Below are positions 37,001 to 48,232 of a stretch of DNA of 64,000 bases, one piece after another. Under the pieces are notes generated by a model that was not told the DNA's origin, ran no database searches, and saw only the letters and a list, made by a program, of their open reading frames with translations. The position numbers were made by a program, and so were the translations under genes. Every line of letters starts with the position of its first letter. The first letter of the stretch is position 1. The stretch covers positions 24,500 through 88,499 of the forward strand of contig CALWOA010000009.1 of NCBI GenBank assembly GCA_944382965.1, read 5' to 3'. Source of the DNA: an uncultured Oscillospiraceae bacterium. Its GTDB lineage: Bacteria; Bacillota; Clostridia; Oscillospirales; Oscillospiraceae.

Positions 37001-38274
37001 ATCCCCGCCGGGAATTTACGGAGGAAATGCGCCGGGAAGGCTATACCATTCTGGCCCCCCAGATGAGCCCCATCCACTTTACCATACTGGAGCCCATCTT
37101 CCGCAAACATGGCTACCATCTGGTGCTGCTGGATAACGATGACCGCCGGGCCATTGACACCGGACTGAAATTCGTCAACAACGACGCCTGCTTCCCCTCC
37201 ATCACCGTGGTGGGCCAGATCATGCAGGCGGTGCTTTCCGGGAAATATGACACCGGGAAACTCGCCATCATCATGTACCAGACCGGCGGCTGCTGCCGGG
37301 CCAGCAACTATGTGGCCTTCATCCGCAGAGCCTTGGAAAAGGCGGGACTTCCCCAGATTCCGGTGATTTCCATGAACTTTAACGGCATGGAAAAGAATGC
37401 CGGTTTCCGGCTGACCTTCCCGCTGCTGGCGGATGTGATTCAGGGACTGGTATTCGGAGATCTTCTCATGCGTTGCCTGTACCGGGTACGGCCCTATGAG
37501 CTGGAGAAGGGCAGCGCCAATGCCCTGTGCAAGCAGTGGCAGCAGCGGTGCATTGATTTTCTCACCTCCGGCAGCAGCATTCCCCGCTACCGCAAGATGT
37601 GCCGGGAGATTGTGGAATCCTTTGACACCTTCCCCATTGACGAAACCCTGCGCAAGCCCCGGGTGGGCATTGTGGGAGAAATTCTGGTCAAGTACATGCC
37701 CCTTGCCAACAACCATCTGGTGGAACTGCTGGAGCGGGAAGGAGCCGAGGCGGTGGTGCCGGATCTGCTGGACTTCTTTAACTACGGCCTGTACAACACC
37801 CGCTACAAGGCAACTTTCCTGGGCGGAGCAAAATCCGGCGTGCTGATTTCCAAGGCTGGCATTGCCGCCGTCCGGAAAATCCGCAAGGCCGCCCTGGACG
37901 CTCTGGAGCATTCCAAGCGGTTCGAGCCGCCCATGCCCATTGAACAGCTGGCGGAAATGACCAAACCTTTCCTGTCCATCGGCAACCAGTACGGCGAAGG
38001 TTGGTTCCTCACCGGCGAGATGGTGGAGCTGATTCGCAGTGGCGTTCCCAACATCGTCTGCATCCAGCCCTTTGCGTGCCTTCCTAACCATGTGGTGGGC
38101 AAAGGTGTGATCAAGGCGCTGAAAAAGGCCTACCCCCAGGCAAACATTGCCGCGGTGGACTATGACCCCGGCGCCAGCGAAGTCAACCAGCTCAACCGGA
38201 TCAAGCTGATGCTGTCCGTTGCAGTGGAAAATCTGAAAAACGGCCAGCAAACCCCGGTATCTGCCGGAAAGTAA
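34012..38274 (+). CDS. 2-hydroxyacyl-CoA dehydratase activator-like multidomain fusion (2x BadF/ASKHA ATPase + DUF2229 + dehydratase-like domain)
   Basis: GIDVGSTT...ELGGED...CAGGTG and GIDAGSTT...DIGGQDMK...CSSGCG; linker CGGCSNNC/GNRCEKG; ACYPAK, FGCGLD, ACFPS, GCCRASNY, FACLPNH; 1420 aa. Confidence 0.85.
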   Translation: MKTYRAGIDVGSTTVKLVILDEGGKILFGDYRRHHAHTQQTLNSLLMMAKKSLGECGLRIQITGSGSINLGKALDIPFVQEVVAVASALKYAAPQTDVAIELGGEDAKIIYFRGGLEERMNGVCAGGTGSFIDQMAALLQTDAEGLNNAAKDYQQIYPIAARCGVFAKTDIQPLINDGATKADLAASIFQAVVNQTISGLACGKPIRGCVAFLGGPLHFLTELKAAFVRTLHLTKETTVDPENSHLFAAMGAALEAKEQKDVSLTALVEKLQKGVQIQFEMPRLEPLFREKEEYEAFCRRHAQAVVKKAELETYRGNCYLGIDAGSTTTKLALIGEDGQLLYQFYANNQGNPILTSQFAIGQLQSRLPEGARIVRSCSTGYGEALLQAAFSLDEGVVETIAHCTAASFFDPEVDCVLDIGGQDMKCIKLKNGTVDNIMLNEACSSGCGSFIENFATSLGYTAETFAQAALEAKAPVDLGTRCTVFMNSNVKQAQKEGATVPDISAGLAYSVIKNALYKVIKLASAQDLGQHIVVQGGTFHNQAVLRAFENITGVEVTCPDISGLMGAFGAALTAKNHYTGQESTMLSLDEIQKLTYSTTSVRCGGCSNNCMLTINKFSGGKKHISGNRCEKGAGGGSAKANKAPNLVQFKQKVMFDYPPLEEANAPRGTIGIPRVLNMYENYPFWATFFKELGFRVVLSPFASRKIYQLGMESIPSESACYPAKLAHGQVQWLVDQGIKTIFHPCVFYEHQETQKAQNHFNCPIVVSYAENLKNNVEAITEGDVHYIRPFIAFTSEEIAADRLVKTAAEEWQIPEKEVRAAVHAAWLAQHQAKETIRQEGKRLLEQMERTGSRGIVLAGRPYHMDPEINHGIPELIASYGLYVFTEDSLPVDFNPQRPLRVVDQWVYHSRLYTAAEFVSHRNDLELVQLTSFGCGLDAVTADQVSEILEKSNKLYTLLKIDEVNNLGAVRIRIRSLLAAMDMRREKQIQAKPSLPPYPRREFTEEMRREGYTILAPQMSPIHFTILEPIFRKHGYHLVLLDNDDRRAIDTGLKFVNNDACFPSITVVGQIMQAVLSGKYDTGKLAIIMYQTGGCCRASNYVAFIRRALEKAGLPQIPVISMNFNGMEKNAGFRLTFPLLADVIQGLVFGDLLMRCLYRVRPYELEKGSANALCKQWQQRCIDFLTSGSSIPRYRKMCREIVESFDTFPIDETLRKPRVGIVGEILVKYMPLANNHLVELLEREGAEAVVPDLLDFFNYGLYNTRYKATFLGGAKSGVLISKAGIAAVRKIRKAALDALEHSKRFEPPMPIEQLAEMTKPFLSIGNQYGEGWFLTGEMVELIRSGVPNIVCIQPFACLPNHVVGKGVIKALKKAYPQANIAAVDYDPGASEVNQLNRIKLMLSVAVENLKNGQQTPVSAGK

Positions 38275-38293
38275 AACCCAATAATAAAACAGC

Positions 38294-38333
38294 GCCCCCG
38301 GAATGGAAGGATTTCCTTCTTCATTCCGGGGGC
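38294..38333. terminator. Hairpin between convergent activator-fusion and RND genes
   Basis: CGCCCCCGGAATG...CATTCCGGGGGCG with an inner GAAGGA/TCCTTC pair. Confidence 0.6.
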
Positions 38334-38339
38334 GTACTC

Positions 38340-41300
38340 TTACAGATCCAGCAGTTTCAGTTCTTCATCGTTTACTTTTCTCAGTTCTTTTTTATTCAGG
38401 GCATCGTAGATACAGGGGACCACATACAGCGTCATCAGCGTGGCGTAGGCCAGACCGCCGATGCACACCACCGCAATGGGCTGCATCAGAGAGGTGCCGG
38501 CGCTCTTGCGCACTGCCATGTCAATCAGGCCCAGAATAGTGGTGATGGTGGTCATCAGAATGGGTCGCATTCTGGTAACACCTGCCTCCACCAAAGCCTG
38601 GCGGCGTTCCATGCCATCCAGCCGCAGCTGGTTAACATAATCCACAAGTACAATGCCGTTGTTGACGATAATGCCGGTGAGCATCACAAAACCAATCAGA
38701 GAAATCACACTGAATTCCATGCCGCACACCAGCAGGGCCAGGAAGCCGCCGGTGAAGGCCAGGGGAATGGTGAACATGACAATAAAGGGAGATTTCAGAC
38801 TCTGGAACTGGGCAACCATCACCAGGTACACCAGCAGCACACCCAGCACCAGCATCAGCAGCAGCTGGCTCATGGCTTCCATGATGCTCTCATTTTCACC
38901 GGTAAAGGTGCAGCTGACCCCGGCTCCCAGATCGGCGGCGACAATGGCTTTCTGTGCCTGCTCCGTCAGCAAGGTCACGTTGTAGCCTTCTTCCAAAGAG
39001 GCACTTACCGTCAGGTACCGCCGCTGGTTCAGGCGGTTGATGGTGGTCAGGCTGGTGGTTTCCTCCACCTGGGCAAAGTCCTTCAGAGGAACCTTCTTTA
39101 CGTTGCCTTCCTTGTCGGTGACTTCAAAAACATAGTCTCGCAGTTCCTGGGCATCCAGCACCGCTCCCTCGGGCTTTTGGATAATCACCTGGGTGGAGAT
39201 ACCATCCAGTTCCAGAGAAGCAACGTTTCCATCCTCAGTCAATCCCGCCGCCAGTTCCATATAGACCTGGGCCACGGTCAGACCGTTTTCCATGGCCTTG
39301 TTCCGGTCCACCGCCACATGCAGGGCAGGGGCTGCTTCTTCCAGACCGTTGGAAACTTCCGCCACGCCTTCGATACCTTCCAAAACTTCTCCAGCCTTTC
39401 GGGCGGCGCTTTGCAGGGTGTCCATGTTCTCGGCAAACAGGTTCAGGGAAATGCCGCTGCCGGTGAGCATGGACATATCCATCATGGCAGAGCTGGCACT
39501 GACGGTGCAGGGCATGTCGGCGCACAGCTGTTCAATCTGTTTGCCCACGGCAGCGCCGGAAGCGCTTTCATCCTCCAGGGAAATATACACCGTCACATTG
39601 TGGCTGGACTGGGCTCCGCCACCCAGCAGGCCGGTGCCGCTGTTCATCATGGCGCCGGCGGTGGCAATGCCCTCCACCTGGGAAATCCGCTTCAGCACTT
39701 CGTCGGAAAGCTGTGCCGCCTCTTCCATGGTAATTTCTTCCGGCATGGTGATGCTGACGCTGATATTGGGCATATCCATGGTGGGCATGAAGATGAAGCC
39801 CCGCACCAGGCTGGCGACCGCGGTAGCCACCAGCAGCACGGCGCAGGAAATCAGCACAAGGGCTTTATGGTTAAGCGCCCAGCGGACGCTTTTTTCGTAG
39901 GCAGGCAGCAGTTTGGTTTCCAGGAAACCGGCTTTGGTGGTGTGCTCTTTGCGGAGCATGCCGGAAGCCATGGCGGGCACCAGAGTCAGCGATACAATCA
40001 GGCTGGCCATCAGAGAATAGGTCATGGTCAGGGCCAGGTCGGTAAACAGCTGCCGGGTAATTCCCTCGACGAACACAATGGGCAAGAATACGCAGACCGT
40101 AGTCAGGGTAGAAGCGGTGACGGCTCCCGCCACCTGACCTGCGCCGGACACGGCAGCCTGAATCACCGTAGCGCCCTTGGCCCGGAGCCGGTAGATGTTT
40201 TCAATGACCACCACAGAGTTGTCCACCAACATACCCACCGCCACAGCCAGGCCGGACAGGGAAATCATGTTGATGGTCACACCGGAGAAGTACATCAGCA
40301 CAATGGCAAAAATCACGCTGATGGGAATGGCGCACAGGGTAATGAAGGTAGGCCGCAGATCCCGCAGGAACAGATACAGCACCAAAATGGCAAACACCGC
40401 ACCCAGCAGCAGGCTGCTGAGAATGGAGTTTACAATCAGGTAGATATAGTCGCCCTGATTCATCAGAGCCACAAATTGCAGTCCCGGGTACTCCTGCTCC
40501 AGCTGCCGGAACCGGGCCTGGATATTGTTGGTGGTTTCGGCGGTGGCGTAGGTGCTCTGCTTCTCAAAAGAAAGCATTACGCTGTCCTGACCGTTGAGTT
40601 TGGCGTAGGTTTCGTTTCGGTTATCAGTCACCATCACCGTGGCTACGTCCTTCAGGTAAATGGGGTCAACCCCTTCCATATCCAAATCGAACAGAAGCAA
40701 ATTCTGCAGGGTTTCCAGATCGGTAATCTCATCGCCGATGGAAACCATGTAGTTGACCCCTTCCTGCTCCACATAGCCTGCGGGCATGGCAAAGTTCTGG
40801 GCGGTGAGAATCTGGGTCACCATATCCATGGTGATGATTTTGTTCAGGTCGGACTGGCGCAGCGCGTCTTCCCGGCTGTCCTCGATGGTGTCCATGCCGC
40901 TTTCAATCTGCTGCAAAGCCATGTCCAGAGAAGCGGAGCTGCCAGCCAGTTTGCCGGCGGCGATGCTGATTTCCAGCATGCCTTCGGCTTTGGCCTGCTG
41001 CAAGGCTTTTGCCGCTTCCTGCAGCTGCACTTCGCCGCTTTCCACACCTTCCAGGTTTTTCTGCAGTTCAGCAATGGCAGCGTTGGTGGTGGCAAGCTGG
41101 GCTTCATATTCGGCAATCTTGGCACCGATTTCCTCGTCGCTCACCCCTGCCAGCCCCAGCTGAGCTTCGGCAGCAGTCAAGGCAGCCTTTGCCGCCTGAT
41201 AATTGCCCTGAGTGGTGACCAGAGCGACAGCAAGGTCGGCGCCGGGTTCCAGGCCAAGGCTGGTGTATCTGGCCTCCCGTTCGGAAAGTTTCTGGACAGC

Positions 41301-42428
41301 CGCATCCAGCGTTTCCTGAGCAGCTGCAAGGGCTGCTTTTGCCTCCTCCCACGCCTGTTTCAGATCGGGATTTTCCGGATCGGCGGCTAAGTTGGCCTCG
41401 ACAATATTGTAAGCAGTTTGCGCAGCGTCCCGGTCAATTTCGCAAGTCGCCGCATCGGTCTGCAGCTGGACATAGGGTAATGCAGCTTCTTCCTCCTGCA
41501 GGGCGGTAATCCCTTGAATCTGCGCTTCCAGCGCCTCTACAGACTTTCGCAGTTCCGGGATCTTTTTCAACCCCTCAATGCCGCTGGTCAGCTGATCGGC
41601 CACCGTCTGCAGTTCCACAATCTGGGCATTCAGGGCGGTTTTCATCGCCAGCAGTTCTGCCTGCTTCTGGTTCAGTTCCGCTTCGCCGGCGGCGGTCTGG
41701 TCAATCAGGGTGTCTTTTCCTTCGTCCAGTTTGGACTGGGCACTGCTCATCTGGCCCTTGGCGTTTTGCAGGTCCTGCTTCTGCTCTTCCAGCTCCTGCT
41801 GGGCGTCATCCAGTTCGCCATTGACGGCGGCGATGATTTTCTCATTCAGAGCATCAATTTTCTCCTGCTCCAGCACCACATGCAGCTGCTTCTGGATTTT
41901 GCCGGTAGCGGTGATTCTCGCCACACCGGGAATGCCTTCCAGACGGTTCATCAGGGTCTCGTCCAGAAATTCCGTCAGGGCAATGGTGTCTTTTCCTTCC
42001 ATGGACACCGCCGCCACTTCCACCGGCAGCATGGAAGGGTTGATCTTCAGCACAATGGGAGCCCCCACCGTATCCTCCCAGCCGGCGGACAGGCTGGTGA
42101 TCTTCTGCTGAATGTCCACGCCGATGGTGTCCATGTTCACCTTCTCCTGAAATTCCAGCATGACCATACTGGCGTTTTCACTGGAGGTGGAACTTACCTG
42201 CTGGATGTGTTCCAGGGTGGACATGGCCTGTTCCATGGGTTTGCTGATCTCCGTCTCCACTTTTTCCGGGCTGGCGCCGGGGTAGGTGGTGACAATAATC
42301 ACATAGGGGAAGTCCATATTGGGCAGCAGATCCGGGGTCATCCGGGTAAAGGCCACCACGCCCAATACCAGCACCGCAATCACCGCCACAAACACCGTCA
42401 GCGGCTTTTTAACCGAAAATTTCCACAT
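38340..42428 (-). CDS. Stand-alone RND (AcrB/SwrC-like) efflux permease with ~330-aa coiled-coil insertion
   Basis: DLLPNMDFPYVIIVTTYPGASPEKVETEI, GMLVDNSVVVIENI, QFQSLKSPFIVMFTIPLA, GIIVNNGIVLVD, RMRPILMTT; 1362 aa with a Q/A/E/L-rich heptad region at about aa 195-525. Confidence 0.92.
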   Translation of the reverse strand: MWKFSVKKPLTVFVAVIAVLVLGVVAFTRMTPDLLPNMDFPYVIIVTTYPGASPEKVETEISKPMEQAMSTLEHIQQVSSTSSENASMVMLEFQEKVNMDTIGVDIQQKITSLSAGWEDTVGAPIVLKINPSMLPVEVAAVSMEGKDTIALTEFLDETLMNRLEGIPGVARITATGKIQKQLHVVLEQEKIDALNEKIIAAVNGELDDAQQELEEQKQDLQNAKGQMSSAQSKLDEGKDTLIDQTAAGEAELNQKQAELLAMKTALNAQIVELQTVADQLTSGIEGLKKIPELRKSVEALEAQIQGITALQEEEAALPYVQLQTDAATCEIDRDAAQTAYNIVEANLAADPENPDLKQAWEEAKAALAAAQETLDAAVQKLSEREARYTSLGLEPGADLAVALVTTQGNYQAAKAALTAAEAQLGLAGVSDEEIGAKIAEYEAQLATTNAAIAELQKNLEGVESGEVQLQEAAKALQQAKAEGMLEISIAAGKLAGSSASLDMALQQIESGMDTIEDSREDALRQSDLNKIITMDMVTQILTAQNFAMPAGYVEQEGVNYMVSIGDEITDLETLQNLLLFDLDMEGVDPIYLKDVATVMVTDNRNETYAKLNGQDSVMLSFEKQSTYATAETTNNIQARFRQLEQEYPGLQFVALMNQGDYIYLIVNSILSSLLLGAVFAILVLYLFLRDLRPTFITLCAIPISVIFAIVLMYFSGVTINMISLSGLAVAVGMLVDNSVVVIENIYRLRAKGATVIQAAVSGAGQVAGAVTASTLTTVCVFLPIVFVEGITRQLFTDLALTMTYSLMASLIVSLTLVPAMASGMLRKEHTTKAGFLETKLLPAYEKSVRWALNHKALVLISCAVLLVATAVASLVRGFIFMPTMDMPNISVSITMPEEITMEEAAQLSDEVLKRISQVEGIATAGAMMNSGTGLLGGGAQSSHNVTVYISLEDESASGAAVGKQIEQLCADMPCTVSASSAMMDMSMLTGSGISLNLFAENMDTLQSAARKAGEVLEGIEGVAEVSNGLEEAAPALHVAVDRNKAMENGLTVAQVYMELAAGLTEDGNVASLELDGISTQVIIQKPEGAVLDAQELRDYVFEVTDKEGNVKKVPLKDFAQVEETTSLTTINRLNQRRYLTVSASLEEGYNVTLLTEQAQKAIVAADLGAGVSCTFTGENESIMEAMSQLLLMLVLGVLLVYLVMVAQFQSLKSPFIVMFTIPLAFTGGFLALLVCGMEFSVISLIGFVMLTGIIVNNGIVLVDYVNQLRLDGMERRQALVEAGVTRMRPILMTTITTILGLIDMAVRKSAGTSLMQPIAVVCIGGLAYATLMTLYVVPCIYDALNKKELRKVNDEELKLLDL

Positions 42429-42522
42429 ACTATGCTCCTAGCCATAAAAAGTCAACATACAGTCTACCACCGCATCCCCGGTTTATCAATGGTCCACATA
42501 TGAACATTTTATAAAGACAAAC

Positions 42523-42769
42523 AATCGCCGCCGATACCGGCGGCGATTCTCTGTCGGAAAACCCCTTGCGGGCTTTCCCGACAAACTTTGGCAGTCTGCG
42601 GCGCGCATAATTTCTCCCCCAATGGGGGAGAAATTCCACACTTGCAGCCTGTAAAGTATGTTCCGCCAGGTACAGAAGGTGAATTGCCCCAAAGGGGCAA
42701 GAGAAGCCACCCTGGGGTACGCCCCGGCGGAACATGGATTTGACTTTATTTGCCGCCGTAGGCGGCAAA
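42523..42769. repeat. Cluster of six inverted repeats (REP/MITE-like or structured RNA)
   Basis: Stems at 42523-42548 (11 bp), 42552-42583 (imperfect), 42609-42635 (12 bp), 42658-42667/42726-42735 (10 bp) enclosing 42684-42700 (7 bp), and 42749-42769 (9 bp). Confidence 0.6.
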
Positions 42770-42818
42770 CTCTGCGAGGCTTTTGGATTACACTTTACTA
42801 CCCAATAGAAAATTCCGT

Positions 42819-43313
42819 TTATCTGCGTTCTTCCTCGGGGATAAAGTCCAGGGTGATGGATTTGAGATTCGTGCGCAGCTGGATGTATTTGACACCGGCG
42901 GAGTCCATCATCCGTTTGGAAGCCAGAGTGGCCAGGGAGTCGGCATACTTATCTGACAGATAGTACACTTCCTTCACACCGCTCTGGATAATGGCCTTGG
43001 CGCATTCGTTGCAGGGAAACAATGCCACATACAATTTGCTTCCCCGCAGGTCCCGGCCGTTGGCATTGAGGACGGCATTCAGCTCCGCATGGACCACATA
43101 GGGGTACTTGGTATTTTCCCCTTCCCGCTCCCAGGGGTATTCGTCATCGGAGCAGCCTTTGGGCATGCCGTTATAACCGGTGGATATGATGATGTTATCC
43201 TGAGAAACAATGCAGGCGCCCACCTGGGTGTTGGGGTCTTTGCTGCGCTTGGCAGCCAGCATGGCGATTCCCATAAAGTATTCATCCCAGCTGATGTATT
43301 CCGTCCGTTTCAT
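42819..43313 (-). CDS. dCMP deaminase (ComEB-like)
   Basis: RSKDPNTQVGACIV, STGYNG, HAELNA, FPCNECAK zinc motifs. Confidence 0.92.
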   Translation of the reverse strand: MKRTEYISWDEYFMGIAMLAAKRSKDPNTQVGACIVSQDNIIISTGYNGMPKGCSDDEYPWEREGENTKYPYVVHAELNAVLNANGRDLRGSKLYVALFPCNECAKAIIQSGVKEVYYLSDKYADSLATLASKRMMDSAGVKYIQLRTNLKSITLDFIPEEERR

Positions 43314-43391
43314 AGTGGTTCCCTCCTGGTTTTTTCTCCATTATACAGAAAACCCAGGCCGGACACAAGTGCCCGATCTGGGTTTTTGCAA

Positions 43392-44540
43392 TCAATCAAA
43401 GAAATCTTTCAGGGTGTCAATGAATTTTTTCCGTTTGGGGGTTTCATCCATGGTGCCGTCCAGCTGCCGCAGCAAATCCTTCTGCTCTTTGGTCAGATGG
43501 GTGGGCGTCTCCACCACCACGGTGAAGCGGTGGCTGCCCCGGCGGCGGGGATTGCCCACTTCCGGAATGCCCTTATCCCGCAGGACAAACTCCTTGCCGG
43601 TCTGGGTGCCCTCCGGCAGGTCAAACTTCACCCGACCATCCAGGGTGGGCACTTCGATCTCTGCGCCCAGGGCTGCCTGGGTGAAGGTGATGGGCACCTC
43701 GCACAGAACGTCATTGTCCTCCCGGGTAAAGATGGGATGGCGCTTGATGTAGATTTCCACCAGCAAATCGCCGCTGACGCCGCCGTTGCTGCCGACGCAG
43801 CCTTCTCCACGGACGCGGACGCTCTGTCCGGCATCCACACCGGCGGGAATCTTGACCTTGACCCGCTTGGTACGGCGAACCTTGCCCTTTCCCTTACAGG
43901 TGTTGCAGGGGTTCTTGATGACCTTGCCCCGGCCGTTACAGCTGGGACAGGTGGTGCTGGACTGCATCTGCATGCCCATAAAGTTCTGCACCGTGCGGAT
44001 CTGACCGGTACCACGGCACTGCTGGCAAGTTTCAATCACACCATCGGCAGAACCGGTGCCGTTACAGGCGGCGCAGTTCTCAATCCGCTGGGCTGCCACT
44101 TCCTTTTCACAGCCGAAGGCCGCCTCTTCAAAGGTCAGCTCCAGCCGGGCCATGACATTTTCACCCCGGCGGGGTGCATTCTGGGCGGAACCCCGACGGC
44201 TGCCGCCGCCGAAAAATTCGCCGAAAATATCTCCCAGGTCGCCGAAGTCTCCGAATCCGCCGAAACCGCCGCCATAGCCAGGACCGCCGGCACCGGCGCC
44301 GAAGTTGGGGTCCACACCGGCAAAGCCGAACTGGTCGTAACGCTGACGCTTGGTCTCATCCGAGAGAACCTCGTAGGCCTCTCCCACCTCCTTGAACTTC
44401 TCCTCGGCTTCCTTGTTGCCGGGGTTCCGATCCGGGTGGTACTTCATAGCGTTTTTGCGGTAGGCCTTCTTTATTTCCTCAGCGCTGGCATCTTTCTTGA
44501 CACCCAACACCTCATAATAATCACGTTTATTTTCTGCCAT
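43392..44540 (-). CDS. dnaJ: Chaperone DnaJ
   Basis: [13 protein letters not shown]-rich region, four CxxCxGxG repeats. Confidence 0.98.
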   Translation of the reverse strand: MAENKRDYYEVLGVKKDASAEEIKKAYRKNAMKYHPDRNPGNKEAEEKFKEVGEAYEVLSDETKRQRYDQFGFAGVDPNFGAGAGGPGYGGGFGGFGDFGDLGDIFGEFFGGGSRRGSAQNAPRRGENVMARLELTFEEAAFGCEKEVAAQRIENCAACNGTGSADGVIETCQQCRGTGQIRTVQNFMGMQMQSSTTCPSCNGRGKVIKNPCNTCKGKGKVRRTKRVKVKIPAGVDAGQSVRVRGEGCVGSNGGVSGDLLVEIYIKRHPIFTREDNDVLCEVPITFTQAALGAEIEVPTLDGRVKFDLPEGTQTGKEFVLRDKGIPEVGNPRRRGSHRFTVVVETPTHLTKEQKDLLRQLDGTMDETPKRKKFIDTLKDFFD

Positions 44541-44587
44541 ACACTTCAAATCTCCTCAAAAGCCTGCAAAACCGCTGATACACCAAT

Positions 44588-44612
44588 AAGGGGCGGCTTA
44601 CGGCCGCCCCTT
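44588..44612 (-). terminator. Stem-loop after dnaK
   Basis: AAGGGGCGGC-N5-GCCGCCCCTT. Confidence 0.55.
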
Positions 44613-44624
44613 TTCTGGGGTCAA

Positions 44625-46457
<1,833 letters not shown>

Positions 46458-46495
46458 CTAATATATCCAATGAAAAATGTATACAAAGTAATGGA

Positions 46496-47041
46496 TCAGT
46501 TCGCCACCTGCACCATGGCAAAGCGGACGATCTTATCGCCGATTTTGAATCCCTTCTGGAACACCTGGGCGATCACGTTTTCCTCCAGCTCCTCGCTGTC
46601 AATGTGCATCACCGCGTTGTGCAGGTTGGGATCAAAGGCATCTCCGATTTCTCCGAAGATTTCCACGCCCAGGCTGTTCAGGATTTTCACCAGCTCGTTC
46701 ATGGTCATCTCCACGCCCTTTTTGTAGGCGGCATCGGAGGTTTCCTGGTTCAGTGCCCGTTCCAGGTTGTCGTAGACGGGCAGGATCTTCGCCACGGCGT
46801 CGGCCTTGCCGTTGCCGTAGGAAGCCTCCTTTTCCTTGACAGTGCGCTTGCGGAAGTTATCAAACTCCGCCGCTACCCGCAGGTGGGCATCCCGTTCTGC
46901 GTTATATTTTTCCTCCCAGGGATTGACCTGCTCGGTTTCCGGGGCTTCCGGCGTCTCCGTTTCCGGAATTTCCGGGATTTCCTCGGTTACCTCCGGGGTC
47001 TGGGGGGTCTTTTCTTCTTGCTGTTTTTCCTTTTTTGCCAC
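46496..47041 (-). CDS. grpE: Nucleotide exchange factor GrpE
   Basis: AEFDNFRKR, FDPNLHNAV, VFQKGFKIGDKIVRFAMVQV; GTG start. Confidence 0.97.
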   Translation of the reverse strand: MAKKEKQQEEKTPQTPEVTEEIPEIPETETPEAPETEQVNPWEEKYNAERDAHLRVAAEFDNFRKRTVKEKEASYGNGKADAVAKILPVYDNLERALNQETSDAAYKKGVEMTMNELVKILNSLGVEIFGEIGDAFDPNLHNAVMHIDSEELEENVIAQVFQKGFKIGDKIVRFAMVQVAN

Positions 47042-47102
47042 GTTCTCGGCCTCCTATATTCTCAGATGGGAGGATGTCTCCCGTCGTTGGTTTTGTGATT
47101 AT

Positions 47103-48173
47103 CTACTGCCCGGCATCGTCCTGCTCCGCCTGGGGCAGCTGGGGGGTCTCGGGCTTGGCGAACATCTTCGACAAACTCTCGGCAAAGTAGCTCAGCCGAG
47201 CGGTAACCTTTGCGTAATCCATTCGGGTGGGACCTACCACACCGATCATACCCTGAAGGCCATCGCCAATGTCAAACTTGGTCATCACCACGGAGGTGTC
47301 CTTCAGTTCATCGGCTACATTCTCCGGACCTACGATGACCTTGGTGCCGTTGGCATCCTGCATCACCGCCGGGAGATTGCTCAGGGCCTCTTCATCAATG
47401 GAAGCCATTACCCGCTGGGCTTTGTCCACATCCCGGTACTCGGGAAGTCCCAGCAGCCGGGATTGTCCAACCACCGCCATATTGGTGGCAGCGTGGTTTT
47501 TCAGGGTTTCCTGGGTAAAGTCCAGGATCACCGGCACCAGGCTGGAAGCGGCTCCTGCCGAGCGCATCATCCGGTCCATCAGTTCCGTGGTAAAGCCTTC
47601 CAGAGGAATCTCCGTCATGGTGGCGTTGAGTACGGCGCTGAGCAGTTTCAGATCCGACTCGCCCACATCCAGAGGCAGCTTGATCAGCTTGTTCACAACC
47701 CGCTCTCCGGAGAGCATCAGCACCAGAATGAAGCTGCCCTGTCCGGCCTGGATCAGCTCAAAGCGCTGGACACAGGCATTGCCGGAACGGGAAGCGGCGG
47801 AGATGGCCGGAAGGTTGGTAGCCTGGGAAACCAGTTTGGCAACCTTTTCCACCATTTTGTCCACCCGCTGCATCTTCTCCTCGATGGCGTTGGTAATGGA
47901 TTTGGTTTCGTCCATGCTCAGACGGTAGTCCAGCATCAGTTCATCCACATACAGCCGGTAGCCTGCCGCGGAAGGGATGCGCCCGGCACTGGTGTGGGGC
48001 TGCTCCAGATATCCCATGGCAGTCAAATCGGCCATTTCGTTGCGGATGGTGGCGGAGGAATACTTCATGTCCGGCAGTTCGGTGATGGCCTTGGAGCCTA
48101 CCGGTTCCGCCGTCCGGATGTATAGATCCACCACAGAACGCAGGACCTTCTTTTTCCGTTCGGTCAGTTCCAT
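47103..48173 (-). CDS. hrcA: Heat-inducible transcription repressor HrcA
   Basis: AEPVGSK, SSATIRNEMADL, QPHTSAGRIPS, GVVGPTRMDY. Confidence 0.98.
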   Translation of the reverse strand: MELTERKKKVLRSVVDLYIRTAEPVGSKAITELPDMKYSSATIRNEMADLTAMGYLEQPHTSAGRIPSAAGYRLYVDELMLDYRLSMDETKSITNAIEEKMQRVDKMVEKVAKLVSQATNLPAISAASRSGNACVQRFELIQAGQGSFILVLMLSGERVVNKLIKLPLDVGESDLKLLSAVLNATMTEIPLEGFTTELMDRMMRSAGAASSLVPVILDFTQETLKNHAATNMAVVGQSRLLGLPEYRDVDKAQRVMASIDEEALSNLPAVMQDANGTKVIVGPENVADELKDTSVVMTKFDIGDGLQGMIGVVGPTRMDYAKVTARLSYFAESLSKMFAKPETPQLPQAEQDDAGQ

Positions 48174-48201
48174 TGTGGATTCCTCCTTGCTTACAAGCTC
48201 T

Positions 48202-48228
48202 TTAGCACTCCATATCCTTGAGTGCTAA
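48202..48228. promoter_or_regulatory. CIRCE element (HrcA operator)
   Basis: Perfect TTAGCACTC-N9-GAGTGCTAA, 28 nt upstream of hrcA. Confidence 0.97.
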
Positions 48229-48232
48229 GCAC

